Assembly: GCA_018883705.1 (NCBI GenBank)
Contig: JAHLFQ010000022.1
Location: forward strand, 1-41,765
Reading direction: 5' to 3'
From: Candidatus Cellulosilyticum pullistercoris
Lineage (GTDB): Bacteria; Bacillota; Clostridia; Lachnospirales; Cellulosilyticaceae
DNA length: 41,765 bases
The notes under the pieces: model-generated
The model's input: only the letters and a program-made list of their open reading frames with translations
Databases searched by the model: none
Told to the model about the DNA's origin: nothing
Program-made: the position numbers and the translations under genes
In this document: piece after piece, positions 1 to 9,327 of the stretch
Position numbering within the stretch: the first letter of the stretch is position 1
How the letters are laid out: the number at the start of each line of letters is the position of its first letter

Positions 1-397
1 CTTAATGCTTATTAATTATGTACGTTCAAAAGGATATTACAGCGTAAAAAGAGGATGTGAAACTACAAACTGTGGCTTATGTACAGTTTGGTTAGAAGGA
101 GTGCCTGTGTTATCATGCTCCGTATTAGCAGTAAGAGCACATGGTAAAAAGGTAACGACTTTAGAGGGAATAGAGGAAGAAGCGCAAGCTTTTGGTGACT
201 TCTTAGCAAAAGAAGGAGCAGAACAATGTGGATTTTGTAGTCCAGGATTTATTATGAATGTACTCGCTATGAAGAGAGAACTTAAAAATCCTAATGAAGA
301 GGATATTAAACAGTATTTAGCAGGCAATCTGTGCAGATGTACAGGTTATATGGGACAACTTCGTGCCATTAAAGCTTATTTACAGGAGGAAGCATAA
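1..397 (+). CDS. Xanthine dehydrogenase/CoxS-family (2Fe-2S) small subunit, probably 5'-truncated by the window edge
   Basis: Motifs GCETTNCGLCTV, EQCGFCSPG and GNLCRCTGY. The frame is open to the window start. Confidence 0.9.
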   Translation, partial: LMLINYVRSKGYYSVKRGCETTNCGLCTVWLEGVPVLSCSVLAVRAHGKKVTTLEGIEEEAQAFGDFLAKEGAEQCGFCSPGFIMNVLAMKRELKNPNEEDIKQYLAGNLCRCTGYMGQLRAIKAYLQEEA

Positions 398-399
398 AA

Positions 400-2676
400 A
401 TGAGATATGTAAGCACAGATGTAAAAAAAATAGATGCCAACGCCCTTGTAACAGGAAAACCAGTATATACAGCAGATATGATGCCTAAAGAATGTTTAGT
501 GGTTAAAGTCTTAAGAAGTCCTCATGCTTATGCTAGAATTAAAAATATTAATAAAAAAGTTGCTCTCAAGGTTCCAGGTATAGAGGCAATCTATACTTAT
601 GAAGATGTACCACATATACGCTTTACAATGGCAGGTCAGTCTTATCCAGAGCCAAGTCCATATGATCGTTATATACTAGAAGAATATGTACGTTACGTAG
701 GTGATGTGGTAGCTATTGTAGCGGGAGAAAGCGAAGGGGCTGTTGATAAAGCGCTTAAACTCATAAAAGTAGAATATGAGATATTAGAGCCTGTTCTTGA
801 TTTTACCAATGCATTAGATCATCCAACTGTTATTCATCCAGAAGAAGATTATCATACTAATTTCCCAATAGGAGGAGATAGAATGCGTAATTTATGCGCT
901 TCTGAGAGTATGGTACATGGAGATTTAGAAGCAGCCTTTGCCGAAAGTGAAGTAATTATTGAAAGAGTTTACCATACTAAAGCAAATGCACAAGCCATGA
1001 TGGAGACTTTTAGAACTTATAGTTATTTAGACCATAATGGAAGGCTTACTTTAGTATCAAGTACTCAAATTCCTTTCCATGTAAGAAGACATGTGGCAAG
1101 AGCACTTGGGCTTCCTAAAACGAAGGTACGTGTCATTAAGCCTCGTATTGGTGGTGGTTTTGGAGCTAAGCAAACTATGGTCTCAGAGATTTATCCGGCA
1201 TTTGTTACTCAAAAAACAGGAAAACCTGCAGCTATGATTTTTACTAGAGAAGAAACTTTTAAAGCCTCTACAAGCCGTCATGAGATGCAAATACGTGTTA
1301 AAGTAGGAAGTGATAAAGAGGGAAATATTAAAGCTATTGACCTTTACACGTTGTCTAATACAGGTGCTTATGGGGAACATGCTTCTACCGTAGTTGGACT
1401 TTCAGGACATAAAACCATACCGTTATATAATAAGGCAAAGGCTTTTAAATTTAGCTATGATGTAGTTTATACCAATACGATGTCAGCTGGTGCTTTTAGA
1501 GGGTATGGAGCAACACAAGGATGCTTTGCATTAGAAAGTATTATGAACGAGTTAGCAAGTAAGCTAAATATAGACCCTGTTAAGCTACGTCTAAAGAATA
1601 TAGCACAAGAAGGCGATGTGATGCCTGCTTATTATGATAACAGATTAGAAAGTACAGCACTTAAGGAATGTCTTTTAAAGGGAAAAGAACTCATTGGATG
1701 GGATGAAAAATATCCTTACAAAAAAGTAGGTAAAAATAAAGTACGTTCAGTAGGAATGGCTATGACAATGCAAGGTTCAGCTATTGCTGATATAGACGTG
1801 GCATCAGTAGAGATTAGACTTGGAGATGATGGTTTCTATACGCTTATGATTGGTGCAACAGATATGGGAACCGGCTGTGACACTATCCTTGCACAAATTG
1901 CTGCAGAATGCTTAGGGTGTGAAATGGATAAAATTGTTGTTCCAGGTGTAGATACAGATATTTCACCATTTGACACTGGTTCCTATGCTTCTAGTACTAC
2001 CTATTTAACGGGTCAGGCTGTTATTAATACATGTGAAGTATTAAAAGAAAAAATGATTAAGGCAGCAGCTAAAGTGCTAGAAGTCTCAGAAGAAGAAATT
2101 ATTTTTACAGGAGATCAATTTGAAACATCAGATGGAAGTAAAGTTTTAACCCTTAAGGATTTAGGAGAAGGACAAGCAGGAGGCAATATAAATGAGTATC
2201 TATCAGCTACTAAGTCTCATACTAGTCCAACTTCACCACCACCATTTATGACTGGATTTGTGGAACTTGAAATTGATACAGAAACAGGGGAGATGGAAAT
2301 TATTGATTATGTAGGTGTAGTAGACTGCGGTACAGTCATTAATACTTCCCTAGCTAGAATTCAAGCAGAAGGTGGTATTGTACAAGGAATTGGTATGGCG
2401 CTTTATGAAGATATTCAATATAATGCACAAGGTAAAATGATGAACAACTCCTTTATGCAGTATAAAATTCCATCACGATTAGATGTAGGAAAAATACGTG
2501 TAGCTTTTGAAAGTAGCTATGAACCAACAGGACCATTTGGGGCTAAATCCATAGGGGAAGTTGTTATTAATACACCTTCACCAGCTCTTGCACATGCTGT
2601 ATTTAATGGAACAGGTGTAGCCGTAAGAACATTACCTATTACGCCTGAGAAAATTATTATGGGTATGATGAAATAA
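400..2676 (+). CDS. Xanthine dehydrogenase-family molybdopterin-binding subunit (XdhD/YgfN-like)
   Basis: Motifs RSPHAYA, IGGGFGAK, AFRGYGATQG, DMGTG, QAEGGIVQGIG and GAKSIGE. RBS gggag upstream. Confidence 0.92.
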   Translation: MRYVSTDVKKIDANALVTGKPVYTADMMPKECLVVKVLRSPHAYARIKNINKKVALKVPGIEAIYTYEDVPHIRFTMAGQSYPEPSPYDRYILEEYVRYVGDVVAIVAGESEGAVDKALKLIKVEYEILEPVLDFTNALDHPTVIHPEEDYHTNFPIGGDRMRNLCASESMVHGDLEAAFAESEVIIERVYHTKANAQAMMETFRTYSYLDHNGRLTLVSSTQIPFHVRRHVARALGLPKTKVRVIKPRIGGGFGAKQTMVSEIYPAFVTQKTGKPAAMIFTREETFKASTSRHEMQIRVKVGSDKEGNIKAIDLYTLSNTGAYGEHASTVVGLSGHKTIPLYNKAKAFKFSYDVVYTNTMSAGAFRGYGATQGCFALESIMNELASKLNIDPVKLRLKNIAQEGDVMPAYYDNRLESTALKECLLKGKELIGWDEKYPYKKVGKNKVRSVGMAMTMQGSAIADIDVASVEIRLGDDGFYTLMIGATDMGTGCDTILAQIAAECLGCEMDKIVVPGVDTDISPFDTGSYASSTTYLTGQAVINTCEVLKEKMIKAAAKVLEVSEEEIIFTGDQFETSDGSKVLTLKDLGEGQAGGNINEYLSATKSHTSPTSPPPFMTGFVELEIDTETGEMEIIDYVGVVDCGTVINTSLARIQAEGGIVQGIGMALYEDIQYNAQGKMMNNSFMQYKIPSRLDVGKIRVAFESSYEPTGPFGAKSIGEVVINTPSPALAHAVFNGTGVAVRTLPITPEKIIMGMMK

Positions 2677-3269
2677 TGAAAATAACTGCCATTATTTTAG
2701 CTTCTGGTTTTAGTAAGCGATTTGGAGGTAATAAACTGCTGGCTTTATATAAAGGGAAGCCTCTTATGATGCATATTGTTGACAAGGTAGTAAAGCAAAA
2801 TTTCTATGAGGTGATTATCGTATCACAATATGATGAAGTTCTTAGTCTAGTAAGTCATGCTAAGAGTTCAAAGGGCATTATCAAAGCTGTAAAAAATAAT
2901 AATCCTCAAAAGGGAATTAGTGAATCCATTAAGCTAGGCGTTAAGGTAAGTCAGCCTTGTGATGCTTATATGTTTTTTGTAGGAGATGCGCCTTTTATTA
3001 GAGAAGAGACGATAGAAGATATGATGCGTATGTATGAACGTATTGAGGTAAAAGAAACGGCTATATTATATCCATTCTATGAAGAGAAAAGAGGAAATCC
3101 TGTTATCTTTGCCCAAGTCTATAAAGAAGAACTTATGGGATTAAGTGGAGATAAAGGAGGGAAACAGATTATAGCTAGACATAGTGAATATGCCATCGGG
3201 TATGAAGTAGGCCATCCAAAAGAATTATTTGATATTGACACCCAGCTGGATTTTAAAGAAGTACTTTAA
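2676..3269 (+). CDS. mocA: Molybdenum cofactor cytidylyltransferase (MocA/YgfJ-like NTP transferase)
   Basis: Motifs ILASGFSKRFGGNKLL, GDAP, GNPVIF, GDKGGK and DIDT. Coupled to the Mo subunit (TAATG overlap). Confidence 0.8.
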   Translation: MKITAIILASGFSKRFGGNKLLALYKGKPLMMHIVDKVVKQNFYEVIIVSQYDEVLSLVSHAKSSKGIIKAVKNNNPQKGISESIKLGVKVSQPCDAYMFFVGDAPFIREETIEDMMRMYERIEVKETAILYPFYEEKRGNPVIFAQVYKEELMGLSGDKGGKQIIARHSEYAIGYEVGHPKELFDIDTQLDFKEVL

Positions 3270-3301
3270 ATTAAAAGCAAATTAAGAGGGATTGAGCTAT
3301 T

Positions 3302-3364
3302 GAAAAGGGCTTTCAGGTTACTTTGAAGTTTTATTATAAATTTCAAGGTCTGAAAGTCCTTTTC
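3302..3364 (+). terminator. Long stem-loop, probable terminator of the xdh operon
   Basis: Outer arms gaaaagggctttcag / ctgaaagtccttttc, inner arms ttgaagttt / aaatttcaa. Confidence 0.65.
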
Positions 3365-3419
3365 TTATGTTACAATGAATAAAGGTGACATAAATGTCAT
3401 TTTTAGGAGGATAACTAAT

Positions 3420-4307
3420 ATGAATTTTGAACAATTAAAATTTTTTGTGGAGGTATATAATCAGAAATGTTTTTCTTATGCAGCAGAAAAACTTTCTATT
3501 TCTCAATCATCTCTTTCAAAACAAATTAAGTCTTTAGAAGTAGAGATAGGTATTTTACTATTTGATACAACGAATAAGAGAAATTTTGTAATCACAGAGG
3601 CTGGACATGATTTTTACCATTATGCAAGAAAACTATTAATGGAATATGATGAAATGAGAAGTAGCATGAAGAAATACTTATCTTTGGAGAAGGGACATGT
3701 TTCAATTGCGAGTATTCCGATTAAGGCACAATATGGAGTTGTTCCAAGATTAACAAGATTTATTAATGATCACCCTCATATTAATATTAATTTCATGGAA
3801 GAGGATAGTGATTCGATCATTAATGAAATTCATAATAACAAGATTGATTTAGGTATCTTGTATGATTCACCTAAGCTAGATGCGATTGCCAATACATTTC
3901 CTCTTGACCAAGATGAATTTGTTGCAGTTATACCGCAAGGTCACCATTTATTTAATGAAGATAAAATTAATTTGTCAGATTTAAGAAATGACCAGTTTAT
4001 TTTATTAAAAGCAGGTACTGATATTTATTATGCGGTAATAGATCTTTGTCAAAGGAATGGTTTTACACCACAAGCACGTTTTCACTATTCTAGAACGACA
4101 ACCATTATTCATATGATGGAGGAAACAAAATGTGTATCTATTTTATTAAAAGAAATAGTAAAACCTATGTTAAATGATAATATGAAAATGATACCATTAA
4201 CGGATACGACAAAATTAAAGTTGGTCTTAGCCATTCCTAAAGGAAGGAGCTTAAAGCCATCTACTGTCATACTAAAAAACTATATGCTGAAACCTGATCA
4301 TATCTAA
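3420..4307 (+). CDS. LysR-family transcriptional regulator
   Basis: N-terminal HTH (QLKFF...AAEKLSISQSSLSKQIKSLE) plus substrate-binding domain. Start moved to ATG 3420, downstream of RBS aggagg. Confidence 0.93.
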   Translation: MNFEQLKFFVEVYNQKCFSYAAEKLSISQSSLSKQIKSLEVEIGILLFDTTNKRNFVITEAGHDFYHYARKLLMEYDEMRSSMKKYLSLEKGHVSIASIPIKAQYGVVPRLTRFINDHPHININFMEEDSDSIINEIHNNKIDLGILYDSPKLDAIANTFPLDQDEFVAVIPQGHHLFNEDKINLSDLRNDQFILLKAGTDIYYAVIDLCQRNGFTPQARFHYSRTTTIIHMMEETKCVSILLKEIVKPMLNDNMKMIPLTDTTKLKLVLAIPKGRSLKPSTVILKNYMLKPDHI

Positions 4308-4311
4308 ACAG

Positions 4312-4350
4312 GGCTTCATGGATAGAATATCTTATATCCTGATGAAGTTT
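4312..4350 (+). terminator. Imperfect hairpin after lysR, possible terminator
   Basis: ggcttcat-ggata...tatcc-tg-atgaagtt. Confidence 0.4.
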
Positions 4351-4363
4351 CTAAACGCTTGCT

Positions 4364-4388
4364 TTAATATTCCTTTTTGGAATATTAA
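4364..4388. promoter_or_regulatory. Probable LysR recognition site
   Basis: Perfect inverted repeat ttaatattcc-ttttt-ggaatattaa containing T-N11-A, centred about 63 nt upstream of the predicted transcription start. Confidence 0.7.
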
Positions 4389-4403
4389 TATGAAAAGGTT
4401 GAA

Positions 4404-4432
4404 TTGAACTCTATAAATAAGAGACGTATAAT
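4404..4432 (+). promoter_or_regulatory. SigmaA-type promoter of the amidohydrolase-MFS operon
   Basis: TTGAAC-17 nt-TATAAT. Confidence 0.7.
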
Positions 4433-4516
4433 CTAAAAGCGTTAGAGGAAGTAATAATATGTTTCTTTGAAAATATATTATTATTTCAAAGGTATAGAGA
4501 AAGAAGGCATAGTAAT

Positions 4517-5704
4517 ATGAATGGTATTTTAGAAGCCGCAATGGAATTAGAAAATGAATTAGTAAAAAATAGGAGACATATTCATTCTAATCCGGAAATA
4601 GGACTTGAGCTTGAAAAGACTACAGCTTATGTTATTCAGCAGTTAGAAGAAATGGGTATAGAACCCAAACTAATTAGTAAGTCAGCTATAACTGCAAAAA
4701 TTGGGCAAGGTGGCAAGACAATTCTTCTTAGAGCGGATATGGATGCGCTTCCAATGGAAGAAAATGCAGAGCTTTCCTTTAAATCATGTAATCATTATGC
4801 TCATCTATGTGGACATGATATGCACACTGCAACTTTGCTGGGGGTAGCTAAAGTTTTAAAAGCAAGAGAAGCTGAATTAAAAGGAACGGTTTTATTGATG
4901 TTCCAGCCAGGAGAAGAAATCGGACAAGGTGCAAAATCAATGCTTGATGCAGGTCTATTGACAGATAATAAAGTAGATGCAGCAATGGCACTTCATGTAA
5001 GTGCAGAAATTGAACCTGGGAAAATGGAATATAAACAAGGTGTCGGTTCTGCTTCTATGGATACTTTCCTTGTTAAGATTCAAGGAAAAGGTGCTCACAG
5101 TTCTACACCTCATTTAGGAATTGACCCACTTATGATTGTTAATACACTTTATACAATGCTTAATAGCTTAGTTGGTAGAGAAGCAGATCCCTTCCAAACA
5201 GCAGTATTAACTATAGGCAAAATGGGTGGAGGAACAGCTGCTAATATTATTCCAGATACAGCAGTTTTAGAAGGTGGTTTAAGATGCTTCGATAAGGAAA
5301 CAAGAAATCATCTTTCAAAGAGAATTTATGAAATCATTGATGAAGTGGTAAGAACAATGAGAGGAAGTTATACTATCCAAAAATTCTATACACCATCTAT
5401 ATATAATGATCCAGTATTATGTAATGCCATGACACCTTATATTGAAGAGATTATAGGAAAAGAAAATTTCACTTTAAGTGATAAACCTTTATCAGGAACA
5501 GAGGATTTTTCATATATAAGTGAAGAAGTGCCATCTATGTATATGTGGTTAGGTGCAGGGAATAAAGATAATTATCCTTTACATAATCCAAACGTTGTAT
5601 TTGATGAAAAAGCTTTACCAATTGGAGTAGCAGTACTTGCTAACTGTGCAATGAATTGGCTTAAAGATAATGCAACAAATGAGGAGGAAGTTGGAAATGA
5701 ATAA
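4517..5704 (+). CDS. M20D-family amidohydrolase (hippurate/N-acyl-amino acid hydrolase-like)
   Basis: Motifs HSNPE, LRADMDALP, HLCGHDMH, FQPGEE, GKGAH, EDF and LHNP. Confidence 0.92.
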   Translation: MNGILEAAMELENELVKNRRHIHSNPEIGLELEKTTAYVIQQLEEMGIEPKLISKSAITAKIGQGGKTILLRADMDALPMEENAELSFKSCNHYAHLCGHDMHTATLLGVAKVLKAREAELKGTVLLMFQPGEEIGQGAKSMLDAGLLTDNKVDAAMALHVSAEIEPGKMEYKQGVGSASMDTFLVKIQGKGAHSSTPHLGIDPLMIVNTLYTMLNSLVGREADPFQTAVLTIGKMGGGTAANIIPDTAVLEGGLRCFDKETRNHLSKRIYEIIDEVVRTMRGSYTIQKFYTPSIYNDPVLCNAMTPYIEEIIGKENFTLSDKPLSGTEDFSYISEEVPSMYMWLGAGNKDNYPLHNPNVVFDEKALPIGVAVLANCAMNWLKDNATNEEEVGNE

Positions 5705-6944
5705 AAAAGATAAATTCTTCTATGGCTGGTGGATTGTAATCGCTTCCTTTATGATTATGACATTTTTATATACACCAATTGTTAATTTAGTATCACTTTA
5801 TACAAAACCTGTTACTGAAGAACTTGCAATTGGAAGAACTCAGTTTAATACTTATTATACAATTATGGCTCTAGTTTCTATGGTTGCTTGTCCAATTGCA
5901 GGAAAACTTATGAGAAAATATGATATAAGACTTTACTTAACGGTATGTACAGTTCTTGGAGCTTTATCTTATATTGGTTTTGCTTTTTCTACAAAACTTA
6001 TGCATTTTTATTTATTAGCGATACCTATGGGAATCTCTCTTGCAGGGGCAGCTATTATTCCTACATCTGTTTTAATCACAAATTGGTTTGTTGACAAGCG
6101 TGGATTATCTTTAGGAATTGCATTATCTGGAAGTGGCTTTGGTGGTATTATATTAAGCCCAATAAATAACTGGATTATTTCAACTTTTAGTTGGAGAGCA
6201 TCTTATCTTATTACAGGTATCTCTATCTTAGTACTTATTGTACCATTTACCATGTTTGTAATCAGATTTAGTCCAGCAGATCTTGGCCTTTTAGCCTATG
6301 GAGAAAATAAAGTTTCAACTAATAAGAAAAGTAAAGAATTGGTTGGTATTACACAAAGTCAAGCGATTAAATCAGTATCATTCTGGGCACTTTGCCTTGC
6401 AATTGTAGTTTCTGGTGTTGTTGTCAATAGTATGATTGTTAACTTAAGTCCATACTTAACTGATATTGGTGCTTCAGCACAAACAGCTGCTTTAATATTA
6501 TCATTAAGTTCAGCTATGGTAATAGTAGGTAAACTTTATGTAGGAAGAATTTTTGATAAATTAGGATTAAAAACAGTTCTTCTTATAATTGGAATATCTA
6601 ATATCGCAAGTTTTGTATTTTTATTAAAAGGTAATTTATTAATTCCTGCCGTATTATATGCAGTATTTACAGGTTTTGGTGCAACAGCTGTTACAGTAAC
6701 ACCTTCCTATATAACAGCATCACTTTATGGAGAAAAAGAATATGGCGCAAAATATGGTATTGTTTCTTTATTTTCATCTTTAGGAGCAGCCATTTGCCCA
6801 ATTGTATCAGGTAGCATTTATAATATTAATAATTCTTATACAACACTTCTATATGTACTTATCGTACTTGCTTTAGTAGCTACAGGATTATTTTTACTTG
6901 CTGCTAAAACAAAACCAAAATTTGAGGGAGATCAAGCCAACTAA
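5697..6944 (+). CDS. MFS transporter (OFA/MCT-like)
   Basis: About 12 hydrophobic segments; motifs FYGWWIV and WFVDKRGLSLGI. Start at ATG 5697 after RBS gaggagg. Confidence 0.9.
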   Translation: MNKKDKFFYGWWIVIASFMIMTFLYTPIVNLVSLYTKPVTEELAIGRTQFNTYYTIMALVSMVACPIAGKLMRKYDIRLYLTVCTVLGALSYIGFAFSTKLMHFYLLAIPMGISLAGAAIIPTSVLITNWFVDKRGLSLGIALSGSGFGGIILSPINNWIISTFSWRASYLITGISILVLIVPFTMFVIRFSPADLGLLAYGENKVSTNKKSKELVGITQSQAIKSVSFWALCLAIVVSGVVVNSMIVNLSPYLTDIGASAQTAALILSLSSAMVIVGKLYVGRIFDKLGLKTVLLIIGISNIASFVFLLKGNLLIPAVLYAVFTGFGATAVTVTPSYITASLYGEKEYGAKYGIVSLFSSLGAAICPIVSGSIYNINNSYTTLLYVLIVLALVATGLFLLAAKTKPKFEGDQAN

Positions 6945-6946
6945 TT

Positions 6947-6977
6947 AAAATGCGAGTCTTAGAAGACTCGCATTTTT
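6947..6977 (+). terminator. Rho-independent terminator
   Basis: aaaatgcgagtctt-ag-aagactcgcattttt. Confidence 0.85.
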
Positions 6978-7048
6978 CGTGTAATTTTCGTATAATTAGG
7001 AGGAGAGTAATAATAAAGCATATTTTTAATAATTAGGAGGATTATATT

Positions 7049-9043
7049 ATGATAAAAAGTGAAAGGGAATCCATAATAAAAGACAACTTTTTATTAAAAT
7101 ACATTAATCGTATTTTTATTATCATAAAACAGATGTTTGAAATGAAAAAAACACCTAACCCATGGCAAAAATCAATTGGAATAGCCATCTGTACAAGTGT
7201 TCCAATGCTTTTAGGAATGATTTTTAATCAGCCACAGTGGAGTTCAATTGGTGCATTAGGTAGCTTTGCCTATTTGTATTTTACGAATGAAACTTATTAC
7301 AGAAGAGCAAAGAAAATGTTTTATGTTGTAATAGGGTTTACACTGACAGTTTTTTTAGGAACACTAGTAGCACCCTATCCATTAATTGTTATAGTTACGC
7401 TGGGTCTTATAGGAGCCGTTACAACTTTTATTTTTGGTGTATTAAGGATACCTGGTCCAGCAGGTATATTTTTTATTTTAATCTATTTAATGACAACTTC
7501 AATGCCTTTGGAACCAGGCGATTTATTTGAACGCCCACTCATTGTTTTCCTAAGTGCATCGTTTTCATGGTTAGTCAGTATGATTGCGGCACCTTTTGAT
7601 ATTCATGGGCCTGAAACAAGGGCTTTAAAAGATATTTATATGTATTTAGCAGATTTTAGTCATGCCATTGGAAAGGAAAATATAAGTGTACTAAGAAATC
7701 GTGTCATTAATCGTCTGAGAGAAGCAGAAGAAATGCTACTAACGACCTACATGCCTTGGAAAGAATCTTTAGTTTTTGATAGACTCTCACTTTTATATGA
7801 ACAGGCAAATTTCTTACTTATTGAATTACTTGATTTAGCATGTGATAAAGATCTAATGATTCCTAAAGAGATAAGTGAGAGTATTAAAAAGATAGGCAAA
7901 GAAATGAAGCTAAAGAAAAATAAAAGGGATGGTCTACTTTTTACTCCTATAGAAGGCATCGGTAAAATGCTACAAAATATCCCTAAGGAAGATCAAATTA
8001 AATATAAAAAACTAATACACATTATTCTTGAAATTGAAGAAAATATAAATAGGCCGCTACAAGATAGTCGGTATAAATTTAAAAAGATAAAAATACCAAA
8101 AAAAATTCAGTTTAAAGAAGCTTTAAATAAAGATTCTATAGCCTTTAATAAGGCAATTAGATATGGCGTCGTACTCATGATTGCTTGTGCAGTATCTTAT
8201 ATTGTGCCTTTTTATAAATCTTATTGGATTCCACAGTCATGTGCAGCTGTTATGTTAGGTGCTACGATTATTGCAACGTTTAATCGAGCTATAGAACGTT
8301 CTGTTGGCACTATTATAGGACTGGGACTTGCAGCTATTATTTTAAATTTTGGCCCTGAGGGATATATCTTAATTCTATTTACGAGTTTGTTATCAGCTAT
8401 TATAGAATTTATCATTGGTAAAAATTATGCCATGGCAACTATTTTTATCACTGCAAATGGTATACTTATGGCAGAAAGTAAAGCACCATTTTTAAGTCCT
8501 GAAGTTTTTATTAATGCACGATTTATTAATGTCATTATAGGTTCCGCTATAGGATTAATAGGGACATTTCTAATAGGGCACCGTTCTGCATCCATTCGCT
8601 TAAAAAGTATGTTATTAAAATTAATGGAAAGTCATTATAGACTACTTGAAGAGTTGGTGAGAAATAGTGATCCTATAGATAAAACGGCTACAATAAGGCT
8701 TGTAGGAAAAATGAAGATGAATATGACAAATCTTAATACTACCTATAATACAGCATTAGGTGAGATAGGTAATAATAGAGATCGAGTTGAAGATATGTGT
8801 TTCATCATATTTTCTCTTGAATATATAAGTCATTTATTGGAACATACTTTTAAAACTAAGGGTTATCTAAATCTTTCAGATGATGAGATCTACATATTAT
8901 TAAGCGCATATAAAGAAATGATTTTTGCCATTGAATACCAAAAAGTAGTTGAACCTATAAAAGTTCCTATCATGGATGAAGTGCCCAATATATGTAAGGA
9001 AATTAATGTGTTACAAGACGCTTTAAGTAAAATAAGTTTATAA
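7049..9043 (+). CDS. FUSC/YccS-YhfK family membrane protein (putative aromatic acid exporter)
   Basis: Two hydrophobic blocks separated by a soluble helical region; motifs SYWIP, RAIERSVGTIIG and ARFINVIIG. Confidence 0.82.
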   Translation: MIKSERESIIKDNFLLKYINRIFIIIKQMFEMKKTPNPWQKSIGIAICTSVPMLLGMIFNQPQWSSIGALGSFAYLYFTNETYYRRAKKMFYVVIGFTLTVFLGTLVAPYPLIVIVTLGLIGAVTTFIFGVLRIPGPAGIFFILIYLMTTSMPLEPGDLFERPLIVFLSASFSWLVSMIAAPFDIHGPETRALKDIYMYLADFSHAIGKENISVLRNRVINRLREAEEMLLTTYMPWKESLVFDRLSLLYEQANFLLIELLDLACDKDLMIPKEISESIKKIGKEMKLKKNKRDGLLFTPIEGIGKMLQNIPKEDQIKYKKLIHIILEIEENINRPLQDSRYKFKKIKIPKKIQFKEALNKDSIAFNKAIRYGVVLMIACAVSYIVPFYKSYWIPQSCAAVMLGATIIATFNRAIERSVGTIIGLGLAAIILNFGPEGYILILFTSLLSAIIEFIIGKNYAMATIFITANGILMAESKAPFLSPEVFINARFINVIIGSAIGLIGTFLIGHRSASIRLKSMLLKLMESHYRLLEELVRNSDPIDKTATIRLVGKMKMNMTNLNTTYNTALGEIGNNRDRVEDMCFIIFSLEYISHLLEHTFKTKGYLNLSDDEIYILLSAYKEMIFAIEYQKVVEPIKVPIMDEVPNICKEINVLQDALSKISL

Positions 9044-9107
9044 CTTATTTTATAAAGTGGCTCTAGATAGTAAGTATACGATCAAAAAGGCGAAACTAAC
9101 ATAGGTT

Positions 9108-9154
9108 AAATAGCGGTTGTACGTAGTTATTGAAATACGTATAGCCGCTATTTT
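9108..9154 (+). terminator. Rho-independent terminator
   Basis: aaatagcggttgtacgta...tacgtatagccgctatttt. Confidence 0.75.
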
Positions 9155-9242
9155 GCGTTTACTACTTAAAGTATAGGAAAGAAAAATAGTAATATAAAAT
9201 AAATTATTATACAAAAATCTAATAATATTAAAAAATTATAAG

Positions 9243-9271
9243 TTGACTAATCATATCAAATTAAATATAAT
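9243..9271 (+). promoter_or_regulatory. SigmaA promoter of serC-serA
   Basis: TTGACT-17 nt-TATAAT. Confidence 0.75.
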
Positions 9272-9327
9272 TTTATAAACATTAATTTTAATGTCGGTTA
9301 ATATTTATAAATTATAGGAGGGGTATC

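Noticed and set aside
4332-4541. 69-aa minus-strand ORF in the lysR-amidohydrolase gap
   Set aside because: It overlaps the promoter and operator, has low-complexity AT-driven composition and no convincing RBS.
9044-9327. Possible T-box or riboswitch upstream of serC
   Set aside because: The promoter is only about 55 nt from the start codon, there is no T-box motif, and the hairpin lies upstream of the promoter and fits the FUSC terminator.
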